Below, piece after piece: positions 9,642 through 19,627 of a stretch of DNA of 64,000 nucleotides. The stretch covers positions 1,804 to 65,803 of the forward strand of contig QNYZ01000094.1 in the NCBI GenBank assembly GCA_003973265.1, given 5' to 3'. A program made the position numbers and the translations under genes. Source of the stretch: Deltaproteobacteria bacterium (GTDB lineage Bacteria > Desulfobacterota > Desulfobacteria > Desulfobacterales > QNYZ01). The notes below the pieces were generated by a model. The model ran no database searches and was not told the origin of the DNA. It saw only the letters and a program-made list of their open reading frames with translations. Every line of letters begins with the position of its first letter. Position 1 is the first letter of the stretch.

Positions 9642-10025
9642 ATTTTGTACGCTAAATTCCTAATACTATATTGGATCAACGGAATATGTCAAGGTTTCAC
9701 CGTAATTCTCGGGCAAATTTAAGGGGTAGTGGTCAAAAAAGTAGAAACAAGATCGGTTTTTCCCCGATGCGGTAGTATAAAAATGACGCAAAAATATTTT
9801 TATATAGTGATGTAATATTATAAAACATAATAAATACAAAAAGATAAATTATGACGCAATATTGATGACGCGACATGAAATAATTACATCTGGAAGTGAT
9901 ATTTGGATAAAAAACGATATTTTATAGAAACTTCGGGCCTCCCTTGACGCCGGCACGCGGAATCACCATATTTATTAAATGACATAAGCGTTGGCTGGCT
10001 GAATCGTTCACCCTTTAAGGAGAAA

Positions 10026-10700
10026 GTGGAGATAATGGAAATTACCAGGAAAATACACGGCTTTATGTGGGAATCTTTCAGGGAGAATAATTGCAATACC
10101 TTCCTGATTGATGGATCTGTCCGGATATTAATCGATCCCGGGCATCTGCACCTTTTCGATCATGTTGAAAAGGGTCTGACATCCATGGGGCTTGAAATGG
10201 ACGATATCGGCATGGCTGTCTGTACCCATGGCCACCCGGATCATCTCGAGGGGATGGCGCTTTTCAAAGATCTCCCGGCCCGGACGGCCATGGGCGAAAC
10301 CGAGTGGCAGTTCTGCCGGGAAATGGCGCCCCGGCTCCACTCTTCACTGGGAATGACCCTCGACGGCCTGGCCCCGGATATTCTGCTGACCGAAGGCGAT
10401 CTGACCATCGGCGATGTGCATTTCAAGGTTTATCACACTCCCGGACACTCGCCCGGATCGATCTGCCTCTACTGGCCGGATGAAAAAGTGCTGATTACCG
10501 GAGATCTTATCTTTAAGGACGGGCTGGGCCGGACCGACCTGCCGGGTGGAAACGGCACCCAGATCAAGGAAAGCATTAAACGCATGGCTTCGCTGGATGT
10601 GGAATGGGTGCTGCCCGGCCATGGCGATATCATCCGCGGCGGTGATGCGGTAAAAGCCAATTTTGATCTGCTGGAACGACAATGGTTTGCTTATGTTTGA
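10026..10700 (+). CDS. MBL-fold metallo-hydrolase
   Basis: 224-aa ORF with the HxHxDH motif (CTHGHPDHLEG) and downstream HTPGHSPGS and PGHG motifs. Confidence 0.85.
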   Translation: MEIMEITRKIHGFMWESFRENNCNTFLIDGSVRILIDPGHLHLFDHVEKGLTSMGLEMDDIGMAVCTHGHPDHLEGMALFKDLPARTAMGETEWQFCREMAPRLHSSLGMTLDGLAPDILLTEGDLTIGDVHFKVYHTPGHSPGSICLYWPDEKVLITGDLIFKDGLGRTDLPGGNGTQIKESIKRMASLDVEWVLPGHGDIIRGGDAVKANFDLLERQWFAYV

Positions 10701-10756
10701 TCTTTTGCGGATGACCTTAATCGCGGGGCATGAGCGCGGATTGATTGAGGGGGCTT

Positions 10757-11296
10757 TTATGAATCCTGAGCGTGAGCGACGCGTTTCTTTCCGGCAGTCA
10801 GCTGAATCCGGAATTGATCGATGAGGGTATTTTGTTCTGACTGCCATTGGGGGTCGATCTCAATATTGAAAATGACCGCTGACCCGGAGATACCGTCGTT
10901 TGATAAATCTGTTTTTAAAGCGTCGATTCGCCGCCGCCGCCCCTGGTTGCGGGCTGTTTCAAATTCGGCCAGAATCGTTTCAAGCATGGATGTATCCAGG
11001 CCGAAATAGTCAGACAGAACCGACAGACAGGCGTTATTGTCGATATTTACCTCGATTCGGCGCAACAGCTCATCGACAATCCGCCCGGAAGTACCATGGC
11101 CGTATTCTGTTTTCAATTCATCCAGTTGGCGGGTCAACTCGGTCTGTTTGATGGCCTGGTCCTGGTATTTCTGTATTAATCCGGCCAGATTATTTTTTAA
11201 TTCCTTCTCGCGCTGGTCCTTTTTTTCTTCTGCATTCAAAGTCATGTTTTTCGTACGCGCCATGACAAGGTCCAGGGTACTTTTTATTTCAGCCAT
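10757..11296 (-). CDS. Hypothetical protein, charged and coiled-coil-rich
   Basis: 179-aa ORF with coding-like composition. It lies downstream of, and co-oriented with, the methyltransferase gene. I recognise no motif. Confidence 0.5.
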   Translation of the reverse strand: MAEIKSTLDLVMARTKNMTLNAEEKKDQREKELKNNLAGLIQKYQDQAIKQTELTRQLDELKTEYGHGTSGRIVDELLRRIEVNIDNNACLSVLSDYFGLDTSMLETILAEFETARNQGRRRRIDALKTDLSNDGISGSAVIFNIEIDPQWQSEQNTLIDQFRIQLTAGKKRVAHAQDS

Positions 11297-11373
11297 GTTT
11301 TCTCATCTTTCGTTGTCTCATGTGTGCGCGGGATTGTCATCGCAGCGGGTGCGGCAAGCCGCCTCGGTTGTCG

Positions 11374-12528
11374 TCAATCTGTCGTAAAAAGGGATTTCTG
11401 GCGCGGACCGGCCGAATCATGCCCGGGAGCGTTCGGTTCCTGATGGTCGATTGCCATGCTGTAGGTGATTTGTAAGATGTTCTCGTCAATTTTCCGGGCC
11501 TTGACGGGGCGGTCCAGGCGCAGGGATTTTTCCTGCGCCGTCATGACCGGAAAGTTGTAATGGGTATTCATGTGCTTGAAATGGTATCCTTTGTCCTGGC
11601 GTTCCTCGACAAAGGCCCGGTGATCTTTCAGCCGCTGGTCGATGCGCGCATTGGCCGCCATGCGGACGGCCGCCGGGTCGGCAAAGACCGTTGGCTTAAA
11701 ATGCCGGTCCATTTCAATGCCGATACTGTTTCGGCAGGCTGCCATGGCCGCCCATGACGTGGTGCCGGTCCCGAGAAACGGGTCAAGGACGGTATCTCCC
11801 TTGGCTGAATACATGTTGATCAGTCGATAGGGGATTTCAAAGGGAAAGGCGGCACTGCGTTTGCGAAGCGCCGGGTCTGTCAGGGCCTGCCGGCTGCCCT
11901 TGATATCAAACCAGACATCGGAAAACCAGGTATTGCGTTCTTCCCAGAAGTAGGCGCTTTCCCTTCGGCCCTGTTTTTCGGCCGGTTGAGTAAATTCACG
12001 CTTGCCGCCTTTTCGGGCGATAAGGATATATTCGTGCTCAAGGGTGACATACGCACCGGCCGGGAGCATCCCCGAGCCCATGAATTTATTGGGGGCATTG
12101 GTCTGCTTGCGCCAGAGGATATCGGGCAGGGGCGTAAATCCCAGTCGGGTTAATGCCGATAAAATGCGGGCATGGTTCGGATACAGTGCAAAATGATCCC
12201 CGATGGTCCGGGTGGCGTCACCGATGTTGATACATGCGAACCGGCCGGGTTTTAAGATGCGCCATACCTCTTTCCATACGTTGTCGAGCAGGAGGTGCAT
12301 GGCTTCAAACGCCGCCATTCCGTTGTTTTTTTTCAATGCCTTATGAATATTGCGGTTCTGTTTTCCGAAAATATCATCCCACATTGCGATCATGGGGTAG
12401 GGGGGCGATGTGACGATCAGGTCGATGCTGTTCGAATCCACCGCAGTCATGCGGGAGGCATCGGCCCAGACGACGCGATGTTTTGTTGCCGCAACGGGGG
12501 CGCAAGGGTTGTTTTTTATGTCAGACAT
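11374..12528 (-). CDS. Site-specific DNA methyltransferase, beta-class (N4-C or N6-A), no cognate nuclease nearby
   Basis: 384-aa ORF. Catalytic motif IV, IVTSPPYPM, is near the N-terminus and the AdoMet motif VLDPFLGTGTT lies in the C-terminal half; this order defines the beta class. It overlaps the cca stop by 13 nt. Confidence 0.85.
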   Translation of the reverse strand: MSDIKNNPCAPVAATKHRVVWADASRMTAVDSNSIDLIVTSPPYPMIAMWDDIFGKQNRNIHKALKKNNGMAAFEAMHLLLDNVWKEVWRILKPGRFACINIGDATRTIGDHFALYPNHARILSALTRLGFTPLPDILWRKQTNAPNKFMGSGMLPAGAYVTLEHEYILIARKGGKREFTQPAEKQGRRESAYFWEERNTWFSDVWFDIKGSRQALTDPALRKRSAAFPFEIPYRLINMYSAKGDTVLDPFLGTGTTSWAAMAACRNSIGIEMDRHFKPTVFADPAAVRMAANARIDQRLKDHRAFVEERQDKGYHFKHMNTHYNFPVMTAQEKSLRLDRPVKARKIDENILQITYSMAIDHQEPNAPGHDSAGPRQKSLFTTD

Positions 12529-13991
12529 CTGTTTTTTTTCTTTGTCGAAATCAGTTTGCCGGCCAGGTCGAGGGCATCCGCATGGTCCTGAATGTCGCCG
12601 TCATCCCAGGCCTGACGGATTTGAGAAAGGATCTCGCCCATATCCGGTCCGGATGATATCCCCAGAGAAATCAGGTCTTTCCCGCGGATCGGGGTTTTGT
12701 CCGGGGACAATCGGGGGAGAATGGTACCATTGAAAGCGGCCAGCGTGGCCCCGGCCCAGTCAAGATAAGCTGTTCGATATGCCGGGCTTGATTGCGGGCC
12801 CCGGGTGGCAAGGACATCTGCCGCGCCATGAATGATCAGGGAGATGGCATCTTCTTTCAGCTTTCGGAAAAGCCGCATCCGGGTAGACGTTTTGACCGAG
12901 GGCATGGCCAGCGACAGGATATGCAGGTGTTCGGCCACCAGGCTGACCAGATATTTACGTTCTGTTTTGGAAAGCCGCAGCCGGCGGGCGATATCGGTAA
13001 CCATGCCGGCACCGGCCTTGTCATGGCCATAAAAGGTGATCCGGCCGGTGGCATCGTTTACTCCGCGGGTTGAGGGCTTGCCCACGTCGTGGAGCAGGGC
13101 GGCGAGTTTCAACAGGGCCTCGCGGTCGTTTTCTGCCAGATGGGCTTCAATTAATTCGGCTGATTGAGCAAACCGGCCGGCCGGGGCGTTTATCATCTCT
13201 TCGCAATAGGCCAGCACGGCCAGGGAATGCGGCCACACATCGAGATGATGATGGGCATTCTGGGGGCAGGTTTTCATGGCCGTAATTTCAGGAAAAACAG
13301 CCGGCAGCAGGGTTAATTTATCCATTAGACGAATAAACGTGCGGCTGTCTTTATCTTGAAAGATCCGCCTGAGCTCCGCCCATATCCGTTCACCGGGAAT
13401 TTTCGAAATCAGAGGCGCGTCCCGGCGAATGAGGGTATCGGTTTCTTTGGACAACATAAATCCAAGTTCGGCACAAAACCGTACGGCCCGCAGCATGCGC
13501 AGCGGGTCATCGGTAAAGGCGTCTGTCCCGGTCACCCGGATGCGTTTTTTTTCGATATCGGAGATTCCACCAAAAGGATCAATGATTTCGTCAGTCGGGC
13601 CATCTTGAAGGACCGGCACGGCCATGGCGTTGATGGTGAAATCCCTTCTGGCCAGGTCCGCCCGGATACTGCCGCCCTGCATTTCCGAAATGTCGATGTG
13701 GTCGTCCGTGTTCGACCGGTTGACGATCCGGTAGCAGGGGACGTCTGGATTTTTCAAAAACCGGACAATCGTCACATTTTCCTCAGCGGCCAGTTTTTCG
13801 GCCACCTGTTGAGCGTTCTGGCAGGCCAGATCGATATCTGTAACCGGGCGGCTCATTTCCCGGTCCCGAACAGCGCCACCGACAAGGTAGAAGGGCGTAG
13901 GGAAGTCTTTCAGGGGAGAAAGCCAGTGCTTTAATCGATCATTGATGGATTCTGACATGATTGATTGTGCCGCCATCAGGAGAAGGTCCAT
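12516..13991 (-). CDS. cca: CCA-adding enzyme / tRNA nucleotidyltransferase with HD domain
   Basis: 491-aa ORF. N-terminal LVGGAVRD motif and DIDLA of the pol-beta nucleotidyltransferase fold. C-terminal HD-type segment LLHDVGK. Confidence 0.85.
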   Translation of the reverse strand: MDLLLMAAQSIMSESINDRLKHWLSPLKDFPTPFYLVGGAVRDREMSRPVTDIDLACQNAQQVAEKLAAEENVTIVRFLKNPDVPCYRIVNRSNTDDHIDISEMQGGSIRADLARRDFTINAMAVPVLQDGPTDEIIDPFGGISDIEKKRIRVTGTDAFTDDPLRMLRAVRFCAELGFMLSKETDTLIRRDAPLISKIPGERIWAELRRIFQDKDSRTFIRLMDKLTLLPAVFPEITAMKTCPQNAHHHLDVWPHSLAVLAYCEEMINAPAGRFAQSAELIEAHLAENDREALLKLAALLHDVGKPSTRGVNDATGRITFYGHDKAGAGMVTDIARRLRLSKTERKYLVSLVAEHLHILSLAMPSVKTSTRMRLFRKLKEDAISLIIHGAADVLATRGPQSSPAYRTAYLDWAGATLAAFNGTILPRLSPDKTPIRGKDLISLGISSGPDMGEILSQIRQAWDDGDIQDHADALDLAGKLISTKKKNRCLT

Positions 13992-14090
13992 TCAAAATGA
14001 TACACGTCTTTAAAAGGTCTATGAATATTGCTTTTTGCCGGGGAAAAACCAAAAAGGCCCCGCATCTGCTGCAGGGCCTGATTAGTCATG

Positions 14091-14167
14091 TGGTCGGGAC
14101 GGCTGGATTTGAACCAGCGACCCCAGCGTCCCGAACGCTGTGCTCTACCAGACTGAGCCACGTCCCG
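14091..14167 (-). tRNA. tRNA-Pro (anticodon CGG)
   Basis: The reverse complement folds as a cloverleaf: CGGGACG TG GCTC AGTCTGGTA GAGC A CAGCG TTCGGGA CGCTG GGGTC GCTGG TTCAAAT CCAGC CGTCCCG A CCA. The CCA end is encoded. Confidence 0.9.
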
Positions 14168-14225
14168 ACAAGAAAACCGAATTTAAGTCATGGTTGAATA
14201 ATTGTCAATATCAATTATGACGAAT

Positions 14226-15521
14226 TCAGCCCTGCCTGAAGGGATGGTTGACAATAATTGTCTGGTTCCGGCCCGGCCCCACGGAGATAATATCCACGGG
14301 TATCCGGGCCAGTTCCTCAATCCGGTTGAGATAGGCCAGCGTGTTGACCGGCAGGTCATCGCGGTTGCGGATATGGGAAATATCTTCCGACCAGCCGGGC
14401 AGGGTTTCGTAAATCGGCTGGCAATCGGCCAGTATACTCAGGTCTGCCGGGAAGTGCGCGATGGTTTCTCCCCGGTATTCGTAACCCGTACAGATATTGA
14501 TGGTATCAAGCCCGCCTAAAATATCCAGCTTGGTAATCGTAAGACCGGTCAGCCCGTTTAAGCGAACGGCGTTCTTCAGGATAACCATATCCAGCCACCC
14601 GCAACGACGTCTCCGGCCGGTAGTGGCACCGAATTCGGCCCCCTTTTTCTGGATGCGATCCCCGATATCGTCAAACAGTTCGGAAGGGAAGGGACCGGCA
14701 CCCACCCGGGTCGTATACGCTTTGGCAATTCCTATAATTCCGGTTAATTGCCCCGGCCCGACTCCGGCACCGCAGCAGGCATTTCCGGACACCACATTGG
14801 AAGAGGTAACAAACGGGTACGTTCCATGGTCAATATCCAGGTGGGTGCCCTGGGCGCCCTCAAAAAGAACCTGCTGCCCGGCGTGAATCCCGTCATCGAT
14901 CAGCACCGACACATTGGCCACGTAAGGGGCCAGGCGTTCGGCAAACCTGCCGTAGGTGGCAATAACGTCTTCGGGATCCAGCGGGTCGGCGCCCAGGTAT
15001 TTTTCGAGGATGAAATTCTTTTCGTCCATAACAGTGATGACTTTTTCCCGGAATCCGGCCGGGTCAATGAGGTCGGCAAAGCGGATTCCGCTTCGCGCGG
15101 CTTTGTCTTCATAGCAGGGGCCGATCCCCCGGCCCGTGGTGCCGATCTTTCCGGCTCCCTTTTTTTTCTCACGGGCCTGATCAAGGGCCTTGTGATACGG
15201 CATGATCAGATGGGCCCGGCTACTGATTTTGATCTTTTCCGGGCGGGTGTCGATCCCTTTTTCCGCCAGATAATCCATTTCGCCGATAAGCACTTCCGGA
15301 TCTACCACCATCCCGTTTCCCAGCAGGCAGGTTTTTCCCTGCAAAATTCCCGAAGGAACCAGATGGCTGATGATCTGCTCTCCCTTGACCACCATGGTAT
15401 GTCCGGCATTGTTGCCGCCTTGAAAACGAACGACAATATTGGCGTCCGCCGCCAGCAAGTCGACTATTTTTCCTTTTCCTTCATCTCCCCACTGGGTACC
15501 GACAATAACGATATTTGCCAC
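14226..15521 (-). CDS. purA: Adenylosuccinate synthase
   Basis: 431-aa ORF beginning [21 protein letters not shown], the canonical PurA P-loop, with GGNNAGHT further on. Confidence 0.97.
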   Translation of the reverse strand: MANIVIVGTQWGDEGKGKIVDLLAADANIVVRFQGGNNAGHTMVVKGEQIISHLVPSGILQGKTCLLGNGMVVDPEVLIGEMDYLAEKGIDTRPEKIKISSRAHLIMPYHKALDQAREKKKGAGKIGTTGRGIGPCYEDKAARSGIRFADLIDPAGFREKVITVMDEKNFILEKYLGADPLDPEDVIATYGRFAERLAPYVANVSVLIDDGIHAGQQVLFEGAQGTHLDIDHGTYPFVTSSNVVSGNACCGAGVGPGQLTGIIGIAKAYTTRVGAGPFPSELFDDIGDRIQKKGAEFGATTGRRRRCGWLDMVILKNAVRLNGLTGLTITKLDILGGLDTINICTGYEYRGETIAHFPADLSILADCQPIYETLPGWSEDISHIRNRDDLPVNTLAYLNRIEELARIPVDIISVGPGRNQTIIVNHPFRQG

Positions 15522-15628
15522 ATTAAACTCCTTGGTTTTGATAGATGGTTAAGCGTTTTGCCCCACCCGGGCCCGCACAAAAAATATCACTTTCACCCGT
15601 CAACGGGTTCCTTTTAAATAAAGTGTTG

Positions 15629-16084
15629 TTATCGACGATTTTTGAAAAAATCCTGAATCAAAGTCCGGCATTCATCCCTGCAAACCCCTGCCGTTACGGT
15701 GACAACATGATTAAAGCGGGAATCGGCGCTAAAATTATACAAAGATCCGGCCGCTCCCCATCTGGGATCCGGCGCCCCGTAAACGAGACGGTTGATCCGC
15801 GCATGAATAATCGCTCCCATGCACATCACACAGGGCTCAATGGTAACATATAAGGTGGTGTTCAACAACCGGTAGTTCAGCCGTCTGTGGCCGCCTTCCC
15901 GTAACACCCGGATTTCAGCATGCGCCGTAGGGTCATGGGTGGTGACAACCGCGTTGTGAGCCGTTGAAAGAACCTCCCCGGAGTCGCTGACAAGAATTGC
16001 ACCGACCGGCACTTCACCACCATCCGCGGCTTTTTTGGCTTCATCAATGGCCATGGCCATCAATTTGTCGTCAATTGACCCCAT
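15629..16084 (-). CDS. tadA: tRNA adenosine(34) deaminase
   Basis: 151-aa ORF with the CDA-fold zinc motifs HAE (TAHAEIRVL) and PCVMC. Confidence 0.92.
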   Translation of the reverse strand: MGSIDDKLMAMAIDEAKKAADGGEVPVGAILVSDSGEVLSTAHNAVVTTHDPTAHAEIRVLREGGHRRLNYRLLNTTLYVTIEPCVMCMGAIIHARINRLVYGAPDPRWGAAGSLYNFSADSRFNHVVTVTAGVCRDECRTLIQDFFKNRR

Positions 16085-16254
16085 TGATGAATTATATACC
16101 CCTGACTATTTTGCGGATCAAGAAATAAAATACCTGGCGGGTAAATCGTATTGGAAATATTTGACTGTACGGCCGATTGGATATGAAAAAGAAAAAGGAT
16201 TCTTGACAACCTTTCCGGAAATGTTTAAATACTGCGTCACGATATCTTTCATGT

Positions 16255-16332
16255 GCGCCCGTAGCTCAGCCTGGATAGAGCGCCGGACTACGAATCCGTA
16301 GGTCGCAAGTTCGAATCTTGCCGGGCGCACCA
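16255..16332 (+). tRNA. tRNA-Arg (anticodon ACG)
   Basis: Cloverleaf: GCGCCCG TA GCTC AGCCTGGATA GAGC G CCGGA CTACGAA TCCGT AGGTC GCAAG TTCGAAT CTTGC CGGGCGC A CCA. Confidence 0.92.
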
Positions 16333-16679
16333 ATTCATAAAAACCCTGTCAAGTTTTTTTACTTTTTTCGCTGAATCGTTGCCTTGGACGAAAAAATCCG
16401 GTCTGTATAAACTGTATAAAAAGGTGTATTGTCGGTATGTCGTCGGTTTTGTTGCTGATAACAAGGCCCCTCTCATCGATATTACCAGATCTCGCGGATG
16501 GGCCATGCGGTAATTTTATCATTTTTTGGCCCTGCACCGGTGAAGGGACTATAATTAAACAGGTGTCAGAAAAACAACGCTGAAACGCTTGAAAAGACGT
16601 ATACCTGCGCCGCACGATATCATAGTGTCACCTCAAGATACCTGCATGCAGGCATCCGAACCCGTTTCCTGGGAAATAC

Positions 16680-17271
16680 TCATTTGACCGTCACTGAAAA
16701 AGGTCCATAGCTGCGGGTTGTCCCTGCGGCCTCCTGTTCAATCAGTCGATATTGATAGGTTCCACTCGTAGCCCCGGGATCTGCCAGCTGGTATTCACCA
16801 CCCATGGGCGCATTAATCAGGCCCGGCAGCATATCGTTGTTAATCCGGGTCCATGTCATGTCGCTGTTTCTGCGCTCTACGTAGAAACCTACTGTCCCAC
16901 GTTCTTCCAGCGTATCCCAGTGAAGAACGACCACCCTGCTGTCCTGGTCTGGGTCCAGATACTGCTGCAGGGCCTGGATTATTTCATTGTGGCCAGTTGA
17001 TGAAAGGGATGCTGCTGCAACAGGATCCCATGTTTGCAACATCTTCAAAAGATGCTGATCTCCTTCTTTACCGTTATATGAGCAGAAATCTTCGGCCGCG
17101 CCTCTGGTTACGCAGGCGATCATCCTTTTCCCGGCGCATGACGCTTCGATACATCTTTCCGTACATAAAAACGCGATCCATCCAGCCGTTGAGGATAGCC
17201 GGCATACCAAGCCACCAGATTGGAAAATGAACCACTAACAAATCGCTGTCCAGCAGGCGTTGCGTTTCCAC
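16680..17271 (-). pseudogene. Frameshifted remnant of a flavodoxin-like NAD(P)H quinone oxidoreductase, running into an unrelated beta-sandwich-like tail
   Basis: ORF 17074-17271 encodes only DLLVVHFPIWWLGMPAILNGWMDRVFMYGKMY, a Flavodoxin_2/NQO-type core, with no N-terminal Rossmann part. In another frame, ORF 16680-17210 continues with GKRMIACVTRGAAEDFCSYNGKEGD, which resembles the next segment of that family. It ends in a roughly 90-aa unrelated domain. Confidence 0.5.
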
Positions 17272-17324
17272 TGCTACTTCTGGTCTAAATCCCGGATTCA
17301 GGAATTTGCGGTAACGGTTGTATT

Positions 17325-17945
17325 TTATGCATCTTCCTTGTATTTCACATTATCACAGATCATGTTAACAGCCTGGTCGATGGAATTGTTTCCTGTATCA
17401 ATAACCAGATTATAAAGGTGGACATTGTTCCAGTCTTCTTTAAAATAATGTTTAATGTACTGCATTAACTCGGCTTCTTCTTTTTTGATATACTCTCTGG
17501 CTGATGCTTCATCCATATTTTGTTTTTTCATCACTGCGGCAATCTTTTTTTCTTCTGACTGGATAAATCGAACATGGAGCGTATCGGGTTTATCTTTTAA
17601 TATACACTGGGCGCCCCATCCAAGGATGATGGCATTGCCTTCTTTATATACATCTTCAACAAGTTTTTTAGTTACACTGTAATACTTATCATCGTCAAAG
17701 CAGCCGTATTCATGGTCGACGACTTTCTGAACAATACTGCATGTATATTTATCTACATACCGCATTAACCTGGAGCTGGATGCCTGAGTATACATTTTTG
17801 CATCAGATTTTGATATGTTAAGTTCCTTGGCTATTTGTGCTAAAAGCTTTTTACCAATATATTCATACCCTAATTTTTCCGCGGCTTTTGAGGCGATTTT
17901 TTCGCTGTCTGTTCCCACCCCTTTGCTGATCGTGATAATTGCCAT
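17325..17945 (-). CDS. Cytidylate-kinase-like family protein (AAA/NMP-kinase-like fold)
   Basis: 206-aa ORF. The N-terminus MAIITISKGVGTDSEKIA is a degenerate P-loop typical of the cytidylate kinase-like family. Codon usage is AT-rich relative to neighbouring genes. Confidence 0.6.
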   Translation of the reverse strand: MAIITISKGVGTDSEKIASKAAEKLGYEYIGKKLLAQIAKELNISKSDAKMYTQASSSRLMRYVDKYTCSIVQKVVDHEYGCFDDDKYYSVTKKLVEDVYKEGNAIILGWGAQCILKDKPDTLHVRFIQSEEKKIAAVMKKQNMDEASAREYIKKEEAELMQYIKHYFKEDWNNVHLYNLVIDTGNNSIDQAVNMICDNVKYKEDA

Positions 17946-18265
17946 GTTGAAAGTCCCCCCTGATTAGGATTTAACGGCTTTTTTAAGAAAACGAAAAACA
18001 TAGCCGAGATGAAAGATTATTATTCTGTAAAAGAGAGATTGAGAAAATCATAAGATACTAAAAAATAATGAATCCAACCTGGTTTGTCAAATAATCTAAC
18101 TTTTTAAAGCACTGAAGTTTCGAAATCATAACCAGAAAACATTTAAAAGACCCGCTCAAAATTTGAATTATTTTCTGCGGCGCTACCAACATCCCCCTGT
18201 GAAGGCCCCGGCTTCCCGGGTTGCTGTAATTGACAATTAACCAGATTTCTGATTTTAAATATACC

Positions 18266-19627
18266 ATGAATCCAAATACTGATGAAAAAGATACTTCCAC
18301 TCCTGTTACATCTCCGGGAGTTTTAAAAGCCGTTAAATATACTCAACCGGTTAAAAAATTTATCGCAAAAATTGTTTCCGGAAGTTTTCCCCTGTTTTTT
18401 GCAGCTATTTTGGCCATTGCCTGGGCCAATATCAGCCGCCATACCTACCATGATGTATGGTATACCCATATCTCAATAAGCCTGGGGAAATTTTCTATTT
18501 CAAAACCGCTTGCCCACTGGATTGACGAAGCGCTGATGGCTCTCTTTTTCTTTACTGTGGGCCTTGAAATTAAAAGAGAAGTTATCGTAGGTGAACTGGC
18601 ATCCTTTAAAAAAGCACTTTTGCCGGTAACAGCTGCCGCAGGAGGGATGCTGATACCGGCACTCATTTACGTGGCGATTAATCTGAACTCGGATTCCTTG
18701 TCTGGATGGGGGATCCCCATGGCAACCGACATCGCTTTCTCCCTGGCGGTTTTATCGATCCTGGGAAAGCGGATTCCTTTTGGTATCTATGTTTTTCTTT
18801 CAGCTTTTGCCATTGCGGATGATCTGGGCGCTGTTCTGGTGATTGCCCTTTTTTATACCAAAGCGATCGCATGGAAATATCTTTTGTTAAGCCTGCTTTT
18901 TCTGTTCCTCATGGCAATCTGTAACCTGTTATGGATTCGAGTAACTTTGGTATATGCCGTACTGGGAATCGGTCTCTGGTTTGCCATTCTCGGATCTGGT
19001 ATTCATGCGACTGTGGCCGGTGTATTAACGGCCATGTTTATTCCTGCCAGGGGAAAGTATGATACGCAAACGTTTATAAATAAGGTTCAGCGGTATATCC
19101 ACGAATTTAATTGCCAGGGGGAGTATGAATGCGGATATACGATTTTGCTGAACAAAAACCACCAGAACGCGGTTCACCATATTGACATGGCCTGTGAGGA
19201 AGTAAAAACCCCCTTGCAGAAGCTGGAATGGAATCTCAATCCATGGGTTGCTTATCTTATTCTCCCTTTGTTCGCTTTGGCCAATTCGGGTATTGTTTTT
19301 CGTGATCTCAATTTTGGTGAATCCCTTTCCCATCCAGTTACTTTAGGGGTTCTTCTGGGTTTGATTGTGGGAAAGCCTGTGGGGATCTCTCTGTTTACTT
19401 TTCTATCCGTCAAACTGCTGAAAACAGAACTCTATACAGGGATCACCTGGCAGCACATTCTGGGCGCCAGCATGCTCGGCGGAATCGGGTTTACCATGTC
19501 GATATTTATTACAGGGTTGTCCTTTGAAAACGCTGCCTATACTGAGCTTTCAAAGCTGGGAATTATTTTTGCTTCACTTGTTTCCGGCGGTGTCGGATTT
19601 TTTATCCTTCGCAGCGCAAGTAAATGA
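18266..19627 (+). CDS. nhaA: Na+/H+ antiporter NhaA
   Basis: The ORF track gives 18230-19627 with a TTG start; I prefer the ATG at 18266. NhaA hallmarks are FFFTVGLEIKRE, IPMATDIAF and AIADDLGAV (the paired Asp motif), with a multi-pass membrane profile. Confidence 0.9.
   Translation: MNPNTDEKDTSTPVTSPGVLKAVKYTQPVKKFIAKIVSGSFPLFFAAILAIAWANISRHTYHDVWYTHISISLGKFSISKPLAHWIDEALMALFFFTVGLEIKREVIVGELASFKKALLPVTAAAGGMLIPALIYVAINLNSDSLSGWGIPMATDIAFSLAVLSILGKRIPFGIYVFLSAFAIADDLGAVLVIALFYTKAIAWKYLLLSLLFLFLMAICNLLWIRVTLVYAVLGIGLWFAILGSGIHATVAGVLTAMFIPARGKYDTQTFINKVQRYIHEFNCQGEYECGYTILLNKNHQNAVHHIDMACEEVKTPLQKLEWNLNPWVAYLILPLFALANSGIVFRDLNFGESLSHPVTLGVLLGLIVGKPVGISLFTFLSVKLLKTELYTGITWQHILGASMLGGIGFTMSIFITGLSFENAAYTELSKLGIIFASLVSGGVGFFILRSASK

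Noticed and set aside
10757-12528. Restriction-modification system
   Set aside because: Only a methyltransferase is recognisable. The adjacent 179-aa protein has no PD-(D/E)xK, HNH or GIY-YIG-like motif that I can see, so it is called an orphan methyltransferase.
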